In this document: piece by piece, positions 18,315 through 28,562 of the stretch | Numbering within the stretch: the stretch's first letter is position 1 | Layout of the letters: each line of letters opens with the position of its first letter | DNA from: an uncultured Candidatus Entotheonella sp. | GTDB lineage: Bacteria > Tectomicrobia > Entotheonellia > Entotheonellales > Entotheonellaceae | Assembly: GCA_965215335.1 (NCBI GenBank) | Contig: CBDCDA010000002.1 | Location: 480,001-544,000, forward strand | Direction of reading: 5' to 3' | Length of the DNA stretch: 64,000 bases | Translations under genes and position numbers: made by a program | Notes under the pieces: model-generated | What the model was told of the DNA's origin: nothing | Databases searched by the model: none | What the model saw: only the letters and a program-made list of their open reading frames with translations

Positions 18315-20456
18315 ATGCGCAGCAGTCAACCCGAGCCCTCCTGTCAAGCCATCGACCTGCAGGATCCCCGCCTCTACATCAACCGCGAAACCGCTTGGCT
18401 GCAGTTCAACTGGCGGGTCCTGGAAGAGGTCCTCGATGCCGACAACCCGCTGCTGGAACGCGTCAAGTTTCTGTCCATTTTCGCCACCAACCTGGACGAG
18501 TTCTTCATGATCCGCGTCTCCGGCCTCAGCCGTCAGGTGACCGGCGGCGTCCTGGAAGCGCCGCCGGACGGCATGACCCCGTTGGAACAATTGGCGGCCA
18601 TCCGTAAAACGCTCCTCGGCCATCTGGAACAAACCCTGCACTGCTGGCACCACGATCTGTCTCCCAGGCTGCGCGACAGCGGCATGCCCATCCTGGGCAT
18701 GCCTGAGCTGGGTCACCACCAGAAAGCCTGGCTGCGCCGTTATTTCGCACGCGAGATTTTCCCGGCTCTGACGCCGCTGGCCTTCGACCCGGCCCACCCT
18801 TTCCCGCACATCTCCAATCTGAGCTTCAACCTCGCCGTGGTGGTCAGCGACCCGCAGGGCGGCGAACGATTCGCGCGCGTCAAGATTTCCGACGTGTCGC
18901 CCAGCCTGGTGCGCCTGCCGAACGAAGCCGACCTCGCGGCGAACCCCGCAACCGACGTCAGCGAGGTGCGGGCCAGCAGTTTCGTGCCCGTCGAAGAAGT
19001 CGTGGCGGCCAATCTCGACATGCTGTTTCCGGGCATCGACGTCATGGCCGCCTACCCGTTCCGCATCACCCGCGACGCGGATCTGGAGATCGAGGAAGAC
19101 GAAGCCTCCGACCTGCTGACCAGCGTCGAGGCACAGATCGACATGCGCCATTGGGGCTCGGTCGTCCGCCTGGAGATCGGCCGCAACATGCCGGAACGCA
19201 TCCGCGACGTGCTGATGCGCAATCTGGAACTGGAGCCGTCCCAGGTGTACACCATCGACGGCCCGCTGAATCTGGCTGGCCTCATGGAGCTGACGCGCAT
19301 CGAGCGCCCGGATCTGAAGGACCCGCCATACCTGCCTGTCATCGCCGCGCCCCTGGCCAAGCGCGAACGGCTGTTCGAGACCATCCGGCGCCAGGACATG
19401 TTGCTCTATCACCCGTACGACAGCTTCGTGCCCGTCGTGGATTTCATCCGCGAAGCCGCCAGCGACCCGGACGTGCTGGCGATCAAGCAGACGCTGTACC
19501 GCGTCGGGCCGAATTCGCCCATCGTCGCGGCATTGATGGAGGCGAGAGAGAATCAGAAACAGGTCGCCGTGCTGCTCGAACTGAAGGCGCGCTTCGACGA
19601 GGAAAACAACATCGCCTGGGCGCGGGCGCTGGAGGACGAGGGCGTGCACGTGGTCTACGGCGTGCTGGGGCTCAAGACGCACGCCAAGATGTGCCTGGTG
19701 GTGCGCCGCGACCCGGACGGCATCCGCTGCTACGTGCACATGGGAACCGGCAATTACAATCCGGTGACCAGCCGCATCTACACCGACCTGAGCTACTTCA
19801 CCTGCAACCCGGACATCAGCGCCGACGTGTCGGACTTGTTCAACGCCCTGACGGGGTATTCGGACAAGGGCACCTACCGCCGCCTGCTGGTGGCGCCGCG
19901 CACCATGCGGCAGCAGATCATCGCGCGCATCGAGCGCGAGGTCGCTCGCCACCGGGAGCATGGCGACGGCCACATCGCCTTCAAGATGAACGCCTTGGTG
20001 GATACGAAATGTATCCAGGCCCTGTACCGCGCCTCGCAGGCCGGCGTGTCCATCGACCTGCAGGTGCGCGGCATCTGCTGCCTGTCGCCGGGCGTGCCGG
20101 GGGTCAGCGAGACCATTACGGTGACCTCGATCGTCGGACGCTATCTCGAACACGCACGCATTTATTACTTCCGAAACGGCGGCGACGCCGAGGTGTTTCT
20201 GGGCAGCGCCGACCTGATGCCGCGCAATCTGGACCGGCGCGTCGAGGTGCTGTTCCCCGTGATACCGTCACGGCTGCGCGACACCATCCTGCGCGATATC
20301 CTGGGGGTGCACCTGCAGGACACCAGACAGGCGCGGCGATTGCTGGCCGATGGCCAATACGAACCGCTCGCCGAGGCGCCGGGGGCGGATTCGCTCAACT
20401 CACAGGAATGGCTGATGCAACACTGGCGCGGCAAAGGAGCGGCGCGTGAAGAGTAA
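18315..20456 (+). CDS. ppk1: Polyphosphate kinase 1
   Basis: YINRETAWLQFN, NLDEFFMIRV, HPFPHISN, IKQTLYR, ELKARFDEENN, KTHAK, GTGNYN, SADLMPRNLDRRVE. Confidence 0.97.
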   Translation: MRSSQPEPSCQAIDLQDPRLYINRETAWLQFNWRVLEEVLDADNPLLERVKFLSIFATNLDEFFMIRVSGLSRQVTGGVLEAPPDGMTPLEQLAAIRKTLLGHLEQTLHCWHHDLSPRLRDSGMPILGMPELGHHQKAWLRRYFAREIFPALTPLAFDPAHPFPHISNLSFNLAVVVSDPQGGERFARVKISDVSPSLVRLPNEADLAANPATDVSEVRASSFVPVEEVVAANLDMLFPGIDVMAAYPFRITRDADLEIEEDEASDLLTSVEAQIDMRHWGSVVRLEIGRNMPERIRDVLMRNLELEPSQVYTIDGPLNLAGLMELTRIERPDLKDPPYLPVIAAPLAKRERLFETIRRQDMLLYHPYDSFVPVVDFIREAASDPDVLAIKQTLYRVGPNSPIVAALMEARENQKQVAVLLELKARFDEENNIAWARALEDEGVHVVYGVLGLKTHAKMCLVVRRDPDGIRCYVHMGTGNYNPVTSRIYTDLSYFTCNPDISADVSDLFNALTGYSDKGTYRRLLVAPRTMRQQIIARIEREVARHREHGDGHIAFKMNALVDTKCIQALYRASQAGVSIDLQVRGICCLSPGVPGVSETITVTSIVGRYLEHARIYYFRNGGDAEVFLGSADLMPRNLDRRVEVLFPVIPSRLRDTILRDILGVHLQDTRQARRLLADGQYEPLAEAPGADSLNSQEWLMQHWRGKGAAREE

Positions 20457-21891
20457 GGACTTGATGGCCTGCGCGATCAGGGACAAGCAGGACGCCGACT
20501 TCTGCTTCCACGGCGCCCGGATCCTGCTGAAGTACCTCGGCACCATGATGGGGATGGTCGACGGCGTGCGACAGAACGAGGACATCGAATGCCTGCACCG
20601 CATGCGGGTCGCCTCGCGTCGCCTGCGCAGCCTGCTGCCGCTGTTCATCGATTGCCTGCCGACGAAACAGCGCGCGCGCTGGCGCAAGCAACTGCGCCGC
20701 GTCACGCGGGCCTTGGGCCAGGCACGGGACGCCGACGTGCAGATCGCCTGCCTGCAAGAGGCGCTGAATGCCTGCAACGACGACCGGCAGCGGCCCGGGC
20801 TGGAACGCCTGCTACTGCGCTTCAAGCAGCAGCGGCAAGCCATGCAGGCGCCGCTGGTGAACGCTCTGGAGCGCCTGACAACCCGCCGTCACATCAGTCG
20901 GATAGAAATGGCCCTGCGCTACCTGCTCGCCACCAGCCAGCTGTACGCTACCCCCGAATCGGCTCGTCACACCTACCACCGCAGCTGCAACGCCATTCTC
21001 CGGCGCCTGCAAGCGGTGCTGGCCACCGCGGCAGCGATTCACGGGCCGCAGAGCAGCGCGGAATTGCACGCCACGCGCATCACCATCAAGCGGCTGCGCT
21101 ACACCCTGCAGGCGTTCGCGCCGTTGTATCCGGACACGCTGAACGACGCCATCCACACCGCCCGAAAGCTCCAGGACGTGCTGGGGAACCTCCACGACTG
21201 CGACGTGTGGGTGGAGACACTGCCACAGTTCCTCCAGGAAGAAAAGGCTCGCACCCTGGCGTATTTTGGCGACACCGAACCCTTTGAGGCGCTGGTGCCG
21301 GGGATCATGGCGCTGCGCGACCAGCGACAGCAACGCCGCATCAAACACTACGAGGCGTTCGAGGCCCTGTGGCAACGGGCGCAAGACCACGACGTGTGGG
21401 GGCGGCTGTGCCGCGCCTTGGACACCCCGCCGCTGCCGGGACACGAGAATGGCTCCGAATCCGACCCGGCCTTGCACGAGTCGACACCGGCCGGGACGAA
21501 CCCGTCGCCGCCGGAGGAATTGGTACGACTGCAAGACACCCTGCGCGCCTCACCACAAGCCTGGCAGTGGCACGTGGCGACGCTCATCACGCGCGTGCCC
21601 GCCGGGCGGCTGATCACCTACGGGCGCCTGGCGGAATGGGCCAACGCCGCGTACGGCCTGCACATCGGCGCCTCCAACGTCGCCTGGCTGCGCAGCCACC
21701 TGCAGAACCTCCTCGGCAACCGCACCGCCGTGCCTCTTCACCGCTTGGCCAAGACCGGCGATCCGTACTCCCGCCAGGAAACCCGCGCGCGCAAACAACT
21801 CAACGACCAATTGCGCGCCTCGGAAGGCTCCCTCGCACACCCCCTATGGTGGTGCCCTGATACCGTCACGGCCCCGCGAAGCGAGCGCTAG
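20446..21891 (+). CDS. CHAD (polyphosphate-binding) domain protein with C-terminal MGMT/ATL-like domain
   Basis: CHAD motifs LHRMRVASRRLR, LGQARDADV, LHATRITIKRLRY, LQDVLGNLHDCDV; C-terminal RVPAGRLITYGRLA...VPLHRL. Confidence 0.85.
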   Translation: MKSKDLMACAIRDKQDADFCFHGARILLKYLGTMMGMVDGVRQNEDIECLHRMRVASRRLRSLLPLFIDCLPTKQRARWRKQLRRVTRALGQARDADVQIACLQEALNACNDDRQRPGLERLLLRFKQQRQAMQAPLVNALERLTTRRHISRIEMALRYLLATSQLYATPESARHTYHRSCNAILRRLQAVLATAAAIHGPQSSAELHATRITIKRLRYTLQAFAPLYPDTLNDAIHTARKLQDVLGNLHDCDVWVETLPQFLQEEKARTLAYFGDTEPFEALVPGIMALRDQRQQRRIKHYEAFEALWQRAQDHDVWGRLCRALDTPPLPGHENGSESDPALHESTPAGTNPSPPEELVRLQDTLRASPQAWQWHVATLITRVPAGRLITYGRLAEWANAAYGLHIGASNVAWLRSHLQNLLGNRTAVPLHRLAKTGDPYSRQETRARKQLNDQLRASEGSLAHPLWWCPDTVTAPRSER

Positions 21892-21927
21892 CCACCCGCT
21901 CTTCCATCACCTTTCGAGATCCCGCAC

Positions 21928-23356
21928 ATGAATACCGCCCCAACGCACACGGAAGCGCACCACGTCGCCTTCATGGACATCGGCACCAACTCCATCCGCC
22001 TGCTGCTCGTCCGCATCCATCCGAACCACGCCACCAACGTGCTCATTCAGCTCAAACAGACCGTGCGCCTCGGCGAAGGAGAATTCGACGACCAGGTCCT
22101 GCAGCCCGAAGCCATCGACCGCGCCGTGGCCGTCAGCCAGCAGTTCGCTTCGCTGATTCGCTCCTATGGCACCGACGACGTCATCGCCGTGGCCACTGCG
22201 GCCACTCGCGAGGCGAAGAACCAGAGAACGTTTGTACAACGTCTGCAAGAAGCGGCGCAACTCGACGTGCGCGTGGTCTCAGGGCAGGAAGAGGCGCGTC
22301 TGATCTATCTCGGCGTGGCCAGCGGTGTTCATCTCGGGGACAAGCAGGCGCTGTTCATCGACATCGGCGGCGGCAGCACGGAAGTCATCCTGGGGACGCA
22401 ACACCACTATCGCTACCTCAACTCGCTGAAACTGGGTGCCATTCGCCTGAGTGCGCAGTTCCCCGCCGACTCGCAGGGGGTGATGTCGCCGGGCAAGTAC
22501 AGCCGCATCCTGCGCTACATCGAGCGTCATGCCGTGCATACCCTGCGGGAGATGCGGGCGCATCACATCGACCTGGCGATTGGCAGCTCCGGCACCATCG
22601 AAAACCTTGCCGACGTTGCCTCCCGCCGCTTCGCCAAGCGGCGTCTACAGCGTGATGACGTGCTGACGGCTGTCCAGCTCGGAGACGTGGTCAGGATGCT
22701 GGGCGCCCTGCCGCTGAAAGAACGCCGCAAGGTGCCGGGCCTGAATCCCGAACGGGCCGACATCATCATGGCTGGCGCCGCCATCCTGGAAACCTTCATG
22801 CAGGGCTTGTCCATCGAGGCCATCCGTATCAGCGACCGCGGGCTGCGTGAAGGGCTGTTGATGGATTATCGGTTGCGACACGGGCACGTTCCGCAGCAGC
22901 AGGCGTTGTCCATACGCCAACGCAGCGTGCTCGACCTGGGACGCACCTGTCATTTCGACGAGGCACACGCCCGCACTACCGCCCAACTGGCCTTGACCTT
23001 GTTGCCATGCCACACAAAAACCACCCCGAATTCGCCGCCCTCGACAGACAGGCCCAGAAGAGGGTGCGCATCTTGTGCCTCTTGCTGCGCTTTGCCGAAA
23101 GTCTGGACCGCAGCCATGCGGGCGTCGTCCGCCATGCCCGCTTTGGGGCCAGGGATGACGCCCACGTGTTGTATACGTCTACGCGGAGCAGGACTGTCAG
23201 ATCGAACTCTGGGGCATTCAGAAACACCTTGCGGCGTTTGAAAAGGTTTTTGCCCGCCAGCTGGAAATCGAGGTCATCGGTGCAGGCGGAGACGGCAAAC
23301 GACCAGGCAGCAACATGACCCGGGAACGCGTTGTGAAGCGGGAAGGAACCGGCTGA
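21928..23356 (+). pseudogene. ppx: Ppx/GppA exopolyphosphatase, N-terminal domains intact, HD domain deleted and frameshifted
   Basis: DIGTNS, ATAATREA, SGQEEARL, DIGGGSTE, GLREG. After HARTTAQLALTL (~23003) homology jumps frame to PHKNHPEF...RFAESLDRSH, and again (~23170) to DCQIELWG...FEKVF. Confidence 0.8.
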
Positions 23357-23574
23357 CTTGACGGCCGGTTCCGCTCGTGGGAGGTATTGCTCCGCAAGCC
23401 GTACGATTTTTGCCGCCACTGACGCTGGCGTACATGTCATTGGCCGTGTTGCGAAAACCCGCCACCAATCCCCTGACTCGAATACGCATGCTCCACGCCG
23501 ATCACCACGTTATGCGACCCGCCACGGTCGTTGGGGCCGTAATCGCGCCTCTATGAGCTCCAATCGGTTGCGTA

Positions 23575-24069
23575 TCAAGCGCGATCGCCCAGAGCCCGCA
23601 GCACCTTGGGCGGCAGGTAGGCGCGCAGGACCATGCCGCCGGGGCGCAATGGACCCTCCAACCACGCAACCCCACCCTTCCTGAAGACGAACATGGCGCC
23701 GGCCGCTGGGGAGCCGGTGATGAGCCAGGCCAGCAATTCGCTCATCCACGGTTCATGGCCGACCAGCGCGGCTGGGGTTTGGTCGATTTCATGCAGCAAC
23801 GCTGCTTCGGGTGGACGCGCCAACGCCTGGGTCGGCAGGAGGCCGCCTTGCAGCACGGGCGCGAGCAAGGCAGCGGTCTCGACGGCGCGCAACCAGGGGC
23901 TATGGTTCACCTGCCGCAACCGAATGCCCAGGCGCTGCAGGCCAGCCACAGCCTGGATAAAGCGTTCGCGGCCCTGTCGGGTCAGGGGGCGCTCGGTGTC
24001 CGGCAGCCTCTTGCCAGCAAGCTTTGACCGCGGTGCCGCGACGGCGTGGCGAACGAGAAACAGTTCCAT
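23575..24069 (-). CDS. sixA: Phosphohistidine phosphatase SixA
   Basis: LVRHAVA, RPLT, HSPWLRAVETA, LVGHEP, FRKGG. Confidence 0.88.
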   Translation of the reverse strand: MELFLVRHAVAAPRSKLAGKRLPDTERPLTRQGRERFIQAVAGLQRLGIRLRQVNHSPWLRAVETAALLAPVLQGGLLPTQALARPPEAALLHEIDQTPAALVGHEPWMSELLAWLITGSPAAGAMFVFRKGGVAWLEGPLRPGGMVLRAYLPPKVLRALGDRA

Positions 24070-24071
24070 GA

Positions 24072-24902
24072 TCAGCCGTCCCCGTCCAAGCTGGCATCCT
24101 CATCACCATCCACGACAGCCTCGCCTGCAGCGGACTCCGGGAGGCCGCCGCCATCCGCCAAAGCCGCTTCCTGCGGCAGGGCTGACAGGGCAGCGCCCAC
24201 GACACCCGCGCTGTTGAGCATTTGGGCAGTCACAACCTCCGTCTGCAGCGTCAGCAGCGGCAGAAATTTCCCGGACTTCCTGCTCACCCCGCCACCCACG
24301 ATCATCAGATCCGGCCAGAAGTAGTATTCCATGCGGTGCAGATAATCGTCCAAGCGTCGCGCCCATTTGGCCCAGCTGAGGCCCTGGCGTTTGCGGACAA
24401 TCGCCGCGGCGCGCTTCTCGGCGGCCTTGCCGCAGAATTCGACTTGACCCAATTCGGTGTTGGGCACCAGACGGCCGTCAATAAACAGCGCCGTGCCGAT
24501 GCCCGTTCCGAGCGTCAGGATCATCACCAGGCCGGGACGGCCGCGCCCGGCGCCAAAACGCATTTCGGCGAGTCCGGCAGCGTCGGCATCATTGATCACC
24601 GTCACCGGACAACCAGCCGCCTGCCGGAACAACTCGGCAACGGATTCGCCGACCCAGTTCCGGGAGATATTGACCGCCGTCAACGCCCGGCCGTGCCGCA
24701 CCGCGGCCGGAAAGCCACACCCGATGGGGCCGGACCAGTTGAAACGCCTGACGAGTTGGCCCACCGCCTCGCTCACGGCCGCGGGCTCGGCACCCTCGGG
24801 CGTCGGGATACGCAGCCGTTCGGCGGTCATCTCGCCGCTCCGCGTGTCCACCGGCGCGCCCTTGATGCCGGAGGCGCCGATATCGATGCCAAGAATCTCC
24901 AC
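24072..24902 (-). CDS. ppgK: Polyphosphate glucokinase (ROK family)
   Basis: LGIDIGASGIKGAPVD, RIPTP, INDADAAGLAE, TLGTGIGTALF, PNTELG, GGGVSRK. Confidence 0.88.
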   Translation of the reverse strand: MEILGIDIGASGIKGAPVDTRSGEMTAERLRIPTPEGAEPAAVSEAVGQLVRRFNWSGPIGCGFPAAVRHGRALTAVNISRNWVGESVAELFRQAAGCPVTVINDADAAGLAEMRFGAGRGRPGLVMILTLGTGIGTALFIDGRLVPNTELGQVEFCGKAAEKRAAAIVRKRQGLSWAKWARRLDDYLHRMEYYFWPDLMIVGGGVSRKSGKFLPLLTLQTEVVTAQMLNSAGVVGAALSALPQEAALADGGGLPESAAGEAVVDGDEDASLDGDG

Positions 24903-24940
24903 AGCTGACCTCCTGTCGCCGCGCTGTCCCGAGCGCCGAG

Positions 24941-25690
24941 CTATTGGGCCGTGAAGCCGCCGTCGATGACCAGTTCGCTGCCGGTGACGAACGACGATTC
25001 GTCACTCGCCAGGTACAGCACACCGTAGGCGATGTCCTCGGTCGAGCCGACATAGCCCAGCGGGATCATGGCCGTCCGTTCCTCGCGCTCCGGGCCGAAA
25101 GCCTCCTTGAGCATCTCGGTGTCGATGGGCCCCGGATGGATGGAATTGCAGCGAATGCCGTCCTTGGCATGCTGCATCGCCACGGTTTTGGTGAACAGCC
25201 GCACGGCGCCCTTGGAGGCGTTGTACGACGGCGAGCCGTAGGGACTGCCGACCAGGCCGGCCGTCGAAGAGATGTTGATGATGGAGCCGCCGCCCGCCCG
25301 GCGCATGGCGGCCACGGCGTGCTTGGCGCCCAGGAAGACGCCCTTGACGTTCACCGCCAGAATCTGGTCCAGGTCGTCCTCGGTGGTTTCTTCGAGGCGC
25401 TTGCGGATATAGATGCCGGCGTTGTTCACCAGCACGTTCAGCTTGCCGTAGAGCTGCTCCGTGGCCTGCACCGCCGACCGCCAGGCGTCCTCGTCGGTGA
25501 CGTCCAGGTGGACGTAGGTGGCGTTGCCGCCGGCGGCGCGCAGGTCGGCCTCGACCTGACGACCCTCGTCGTCCAGGATGTCGCCCATGACGACGCTGGC
25601 GCCCTCCTGCACAAACAGGCGTGCCTCGCTGGCGCCCTGTCCGCGCGCGCCACCACTGATCAATGCGACCTTGCCATCGAGCCGGCCCAT
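24941..25690 (-). CDS. SDR-family NAD(P)-dependent oxidoreductase
   Basis: SGGARGQG, NNAG, YNASK, VTGSELVIDGG. Confidence 0.93.
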   Translation of the reverse strand: MGRLDGKVALISGGARGQGASEARLFVQEGASVVMGDILDDEGRQVEADLRAAGGNATYVHLDVTDEDAWRSAVQATEQLYGKLNVLVNNAGIYIRKRLEETTEDDLDQILAVNVKGVFLGAKHAVAAMRRAGGGSIINISSTAGLVGSPYGSPSYNASKGAVRLFTKTVAMQHAKDGIRCNSIHPGPIDTEMLKEAFGPEREERTAMIPLGYVGSTEDIAYGVLYLASDESSFVTGSELVIDGGFTAQ

Positions 25691-25810
25691 TTCGCTCTCC
25701 TTATCCTCCGTGTTGATCCGATCGCCATCTTTGACTAGGCTGGAGCGCCTATCATACGGCATCCCTTGTCGGAAACGAAACGTGATCCCACCGCCCGGAG
25801 AGAAACCGCC

Positions 25811-26407
25811 GTGATTGCCGACCCGACGCGCTTCGAGACCGCCATCGCCCGCTTCGACGCAGCCAACGCCGAGGACCCGAATACCGAAGCGGTAGACGGC
25901 GTTGCCCGCCCGAAGGAACTGCTGTACGCCCAGCGCATGACCACCTGGCTGGACAAGCTGGCCCCAGATGCGTCGGAGGTCCTGCGGTTGGCGGCGCGCG
26001 CCCAGCACATCCGCCGCTGGGCCATCCCGCGGCGCGATTACCCGATGACCCGCACCGGCTACCTGAAATGGCGAACCACCCTGTATCGTTTTCACGCCGA
26101 CACCGCCGGCGACATCCTGCGCGAAGTCGGATACGACGGCGCCACGGTCGCCGCAGTGCAGTCGCTGCTGCGCAAGGAACGCCTGAAGCGCAACCCCGAC
26201 ATGCAGTGCCTGGAGGACGTCATCTGCCTCGTCTTCCTGGAAAGCTACTTCGCCGATTTCGCCCCGCAGCACGACGCGCAAAAGGTCCTCGACGTCGTGC
26301 GCAAGACCTGGAAGAAGATGTCCCCGCGGGGCCAGGCGGCGGCCCGCGACTTGACCCTGCCACCGGCGGCGCACGCCTTGCTGGACAAGGCATTGACGAC
26401 GCCGTGA
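25811..26407 (+). CDS. DUF4202 family protein
   Basis: FDAANAEDP, ARAQHIRRW, GYLKWR, LEDVICLVFL, KTWKKMS. Confidence 0.85.
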   Translation: MIADPTRFETAIARFDAANAEDPNTEAVDGVARPKELLYAQRMTTWLDKLAPDASEVLRLAARAQHIRRWAIPRRDYPMTRTGYLKWRTTLYRFHADTAGDILREVGYDGATVAAVQSLLRKERLKRNPDMQCLEDVICLVFLESYFADFAPQHDAQKVLDVVRKTWKKMSPRGQAAARDLTLPPAAHALLDKALTTP

Positions 26408-26552
26408 ATCCCCGCCCGGACGGCCTGTTTCGACGCCCTGCGGCTGTTTGCTTTGATGACGCCGACTTTGTTATGCTAGCGCCCTTGTTTGCCGTGTAGC
26501 ACGCTCCAGGTCGTCCGGGACGACATCCGTTTTGTATCCCCAGGAGAAAATC

Positions 26553-27755
26553 ATGCATAGCGAAGACATCTTGATGTGCCCCGGCCCCAACGAAATCGCC
26601 GACCGCGTCATCCGAGCCATGATGCGGCCCGCCGCCGCCCCTGCCTCGGAAGAGTTCCAGGAACTGTACGAACAGACGTTGGACATGCTGGCGCAGATAT
26701 ACCAGACGACCAACGAGGTGGTGCCCATTCCGGGGTCGGGCCGCAGCGGCCTGGAGGCGGCAATCAGCAGTGTCGTGGAACCCGGCGACCGCACCCTCAC
26801 CGTCACCAACGGGCACTTCGGGGGCGTCGCCATGCACATCATCGGCGGTGTGGGCGGCAAGCCGGAAGCGTTTCAGGAACCCTGGGGCAGCATCATCGAC
26901 ATGGACGCCTTCGCCGCCAAGCTGGCCAGCGGCACCTACAAGCTGGTGACCCTGGTGCACAACGAAACCTCCAGCGGCGCCGTGTACCAGGCGGAGGAGA
27001 TCGCGCGACTGGCACACGAGCATGGCGCCCTGTTCCTGCTGGATGCGGTGTCGTCGCTGGCCGGCGTTGACCTGCGCAGTGACGAGTGGGACGTCGACCT
27101 CGTCGTATCGTGCAACCACAAGGCCATCGGCGCCCCGACCGGTCACGCCCACGTGGTGGTGGGCGAGCGCGCCTGGGAGGCAATGGAACAGCGCACCAAG
27201 CCCTGCGGCACGGTGTTCGGCAACCTGGTGACCTGGAAGTCGCGGGTCGACCCGAGCACCACCAACGGCAGGACCAGGAAACGGACGTACGGCGTTTTCC
27301 CGGCCGTTCACCTCTTCTACGCCATGCACGAAGCGTTCACCGCGGTCCTGGAAGAAGGGTTGGCGCCCCGGTTTGCCCGCCACCTGCTGAATGCCGAGGC
27401 CTTCCGCGAGGGCATCCTCGGGTTGGGTCTGCAGCCTCTGGCGCATCCGGACGTGGCGTCCCCCACCGTCACCTGTGTGCAACTTCCCGAGGGCATCACC
27501 TCCAGCGAATTTCTGTACCACTTCCGGCACGACCACGGGCTGTTCACCCTGCCGGGACTCGGCGACTTTCAGGACACCGCCGTGCGCATCGGCCACATGG
27601 GCGTCACCGCCACGCCGCGCAACATTCTCCATACCCTGCACGCTTTCGACCACATTTTGCACCACTTGGGCCATCTCCACGACCGCGGCGCCGGCATTAC
27701 CAGGGCCGAGGAGATCTACCAGGCGGCAGAACAGGCAGCCCCAGTGACGGTATAG
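26553..27755 (+). CDS. Class V PLP aminotransferase (alanine-glyoxylate/serine-pyruvate type)
   Basis: LMCPGP, VHNETSSG, DAVSSL, CNHKAIGAPTG (PLP Lys), RIGHMG. Confidence 0.9.
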   Translation: MHSEDILMCPGPNEIADRVIRAMMRPAAAPASEEFQELYEQTLDMLAQIYQTTNEVVPIPGSGRSGLEAAISSVVEPGDRTLTVTNGHFGGVAMHIIGGVGGKPEAFQEPWGSIIDMDAFAAKLASGTYKLVTLVHNETSSGAVYQAEEIARLAHEHGALFLLDAVSSLAGVDLRSDEWDVDLVVSCNHKAIGAPTGHAHVVVGERAWEAMEQRTKPCGTVFGNLVTWKSRVDPSTTNGRTRKRTYGVFPAVHLFYAMHEAFTAVLEEGLAPRFARHLLNAEAFREGILGLGLQPLAHPDVASPTVTCVQLPEGITSSEFLYHFRHDHGLFTLPGLGDFQDTAVRIGHMGVTATPRNILHTLHAFDHILHHLGHLHDRGAGITRAEEIYQAAEQAAPVTV

Positions 27756-27768
27756 GGGAGGCTGCCTT

Positions 27769-28545
27769 TTGGCACAGCGAGAGCGCTTTCCGGTTGGACC
27801 GTTCTTCAAGGCGAGTCTGAAAACACACTCGGTGGCGGCGCTCTGTGACTTGTTGCACAGCGGCCGGATCGTGCAGCACGGTCTCATTCCCTGGGGCTCG
27901 AATTACACATTCCTGGTCACGATGGATGTGCACCAGCCGCATCTCATGCTGGCTGTCTATAAACCGAGGCGAGGCGAGACGCCGCTGTGGGATTTTCCCA
28001 ACGGGACGCTGTACAGGCGGGAACGTGCGGCATTCGTGCTCAGCGAGGCGCTCGGCTGGCGCCTGGTGCCGCCTACGATCATCCGGCATGGTCCCAACGG
28101 CGTCGGCTCGCTGCAGTTGTACGTGCATCATCGCGAAGAGGACGCGGACTACTTCGCCTTGCACGAACGACACGGGAGGGAGATGCAGGCCATGGCGGCG
28201 TTCGACCTCATTTCCAATAACACCGACCGCAAAGCCGGACACTGCCTGCGCGATGAAGAAGGCCACGTCTGGGGAATCGACCACGGCCTGACGTTTCATG
28301 CCGACCCGAAGCTGCGCACCGTGATCTGGGATTTCGGAGGCCGGCACGTTCCCAAGCGCCTGCTGCGCGACGTGCGGCGGGTGCGGGACGATCTGCAAAA
28401 CCGCTGTGGCCCGGTGTCGGAGCTGGACGGCCTGCTCTTCCCTGAGGAAATCGACGCCCTCGCCTATCGCATGCTGGCCCTGCTGAAAACACCCGAGTTC
28501 CCCTGCCTGCGCACGCGGCGCGGCGTTCCTTGGCCGTTTTACTGA
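27769..28545 (+). CDS. SCO1664-family protein (PI3/4-kinase-like fold)
   Basis: GSNYTF, YKPRRGETPLWDFP, NNTDRKAGH, IDHGLTFH, KLRTVIW, C-terminal PWP. Confidence 0.85.
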   Translation: MAQRERFPVGPFFKASLKTHSVAALCDLLHSGRIVQHGLIPWGSNYTFLVTMDVHQPHLMLAVYKPRRGETPLWDFPNGTLYRRERAAFVLSEALGWRLVPPTIIRHGPNGVGSLQLYVHHREEDADYFALHERHGREMQAMAAFDLISNNTDRKAGHCLRDEEGHVWGIDHGLTFHADPKLRTVIWDFGGRHVPKRLLRDVRRVRDDLQNRCGPVSELDGLLFPEEIDALAYRMLALLKTPEFPCLRTRRGVPWPFY

Positions 28546-28562
28546 TCGCGAAGGGTGTAACC

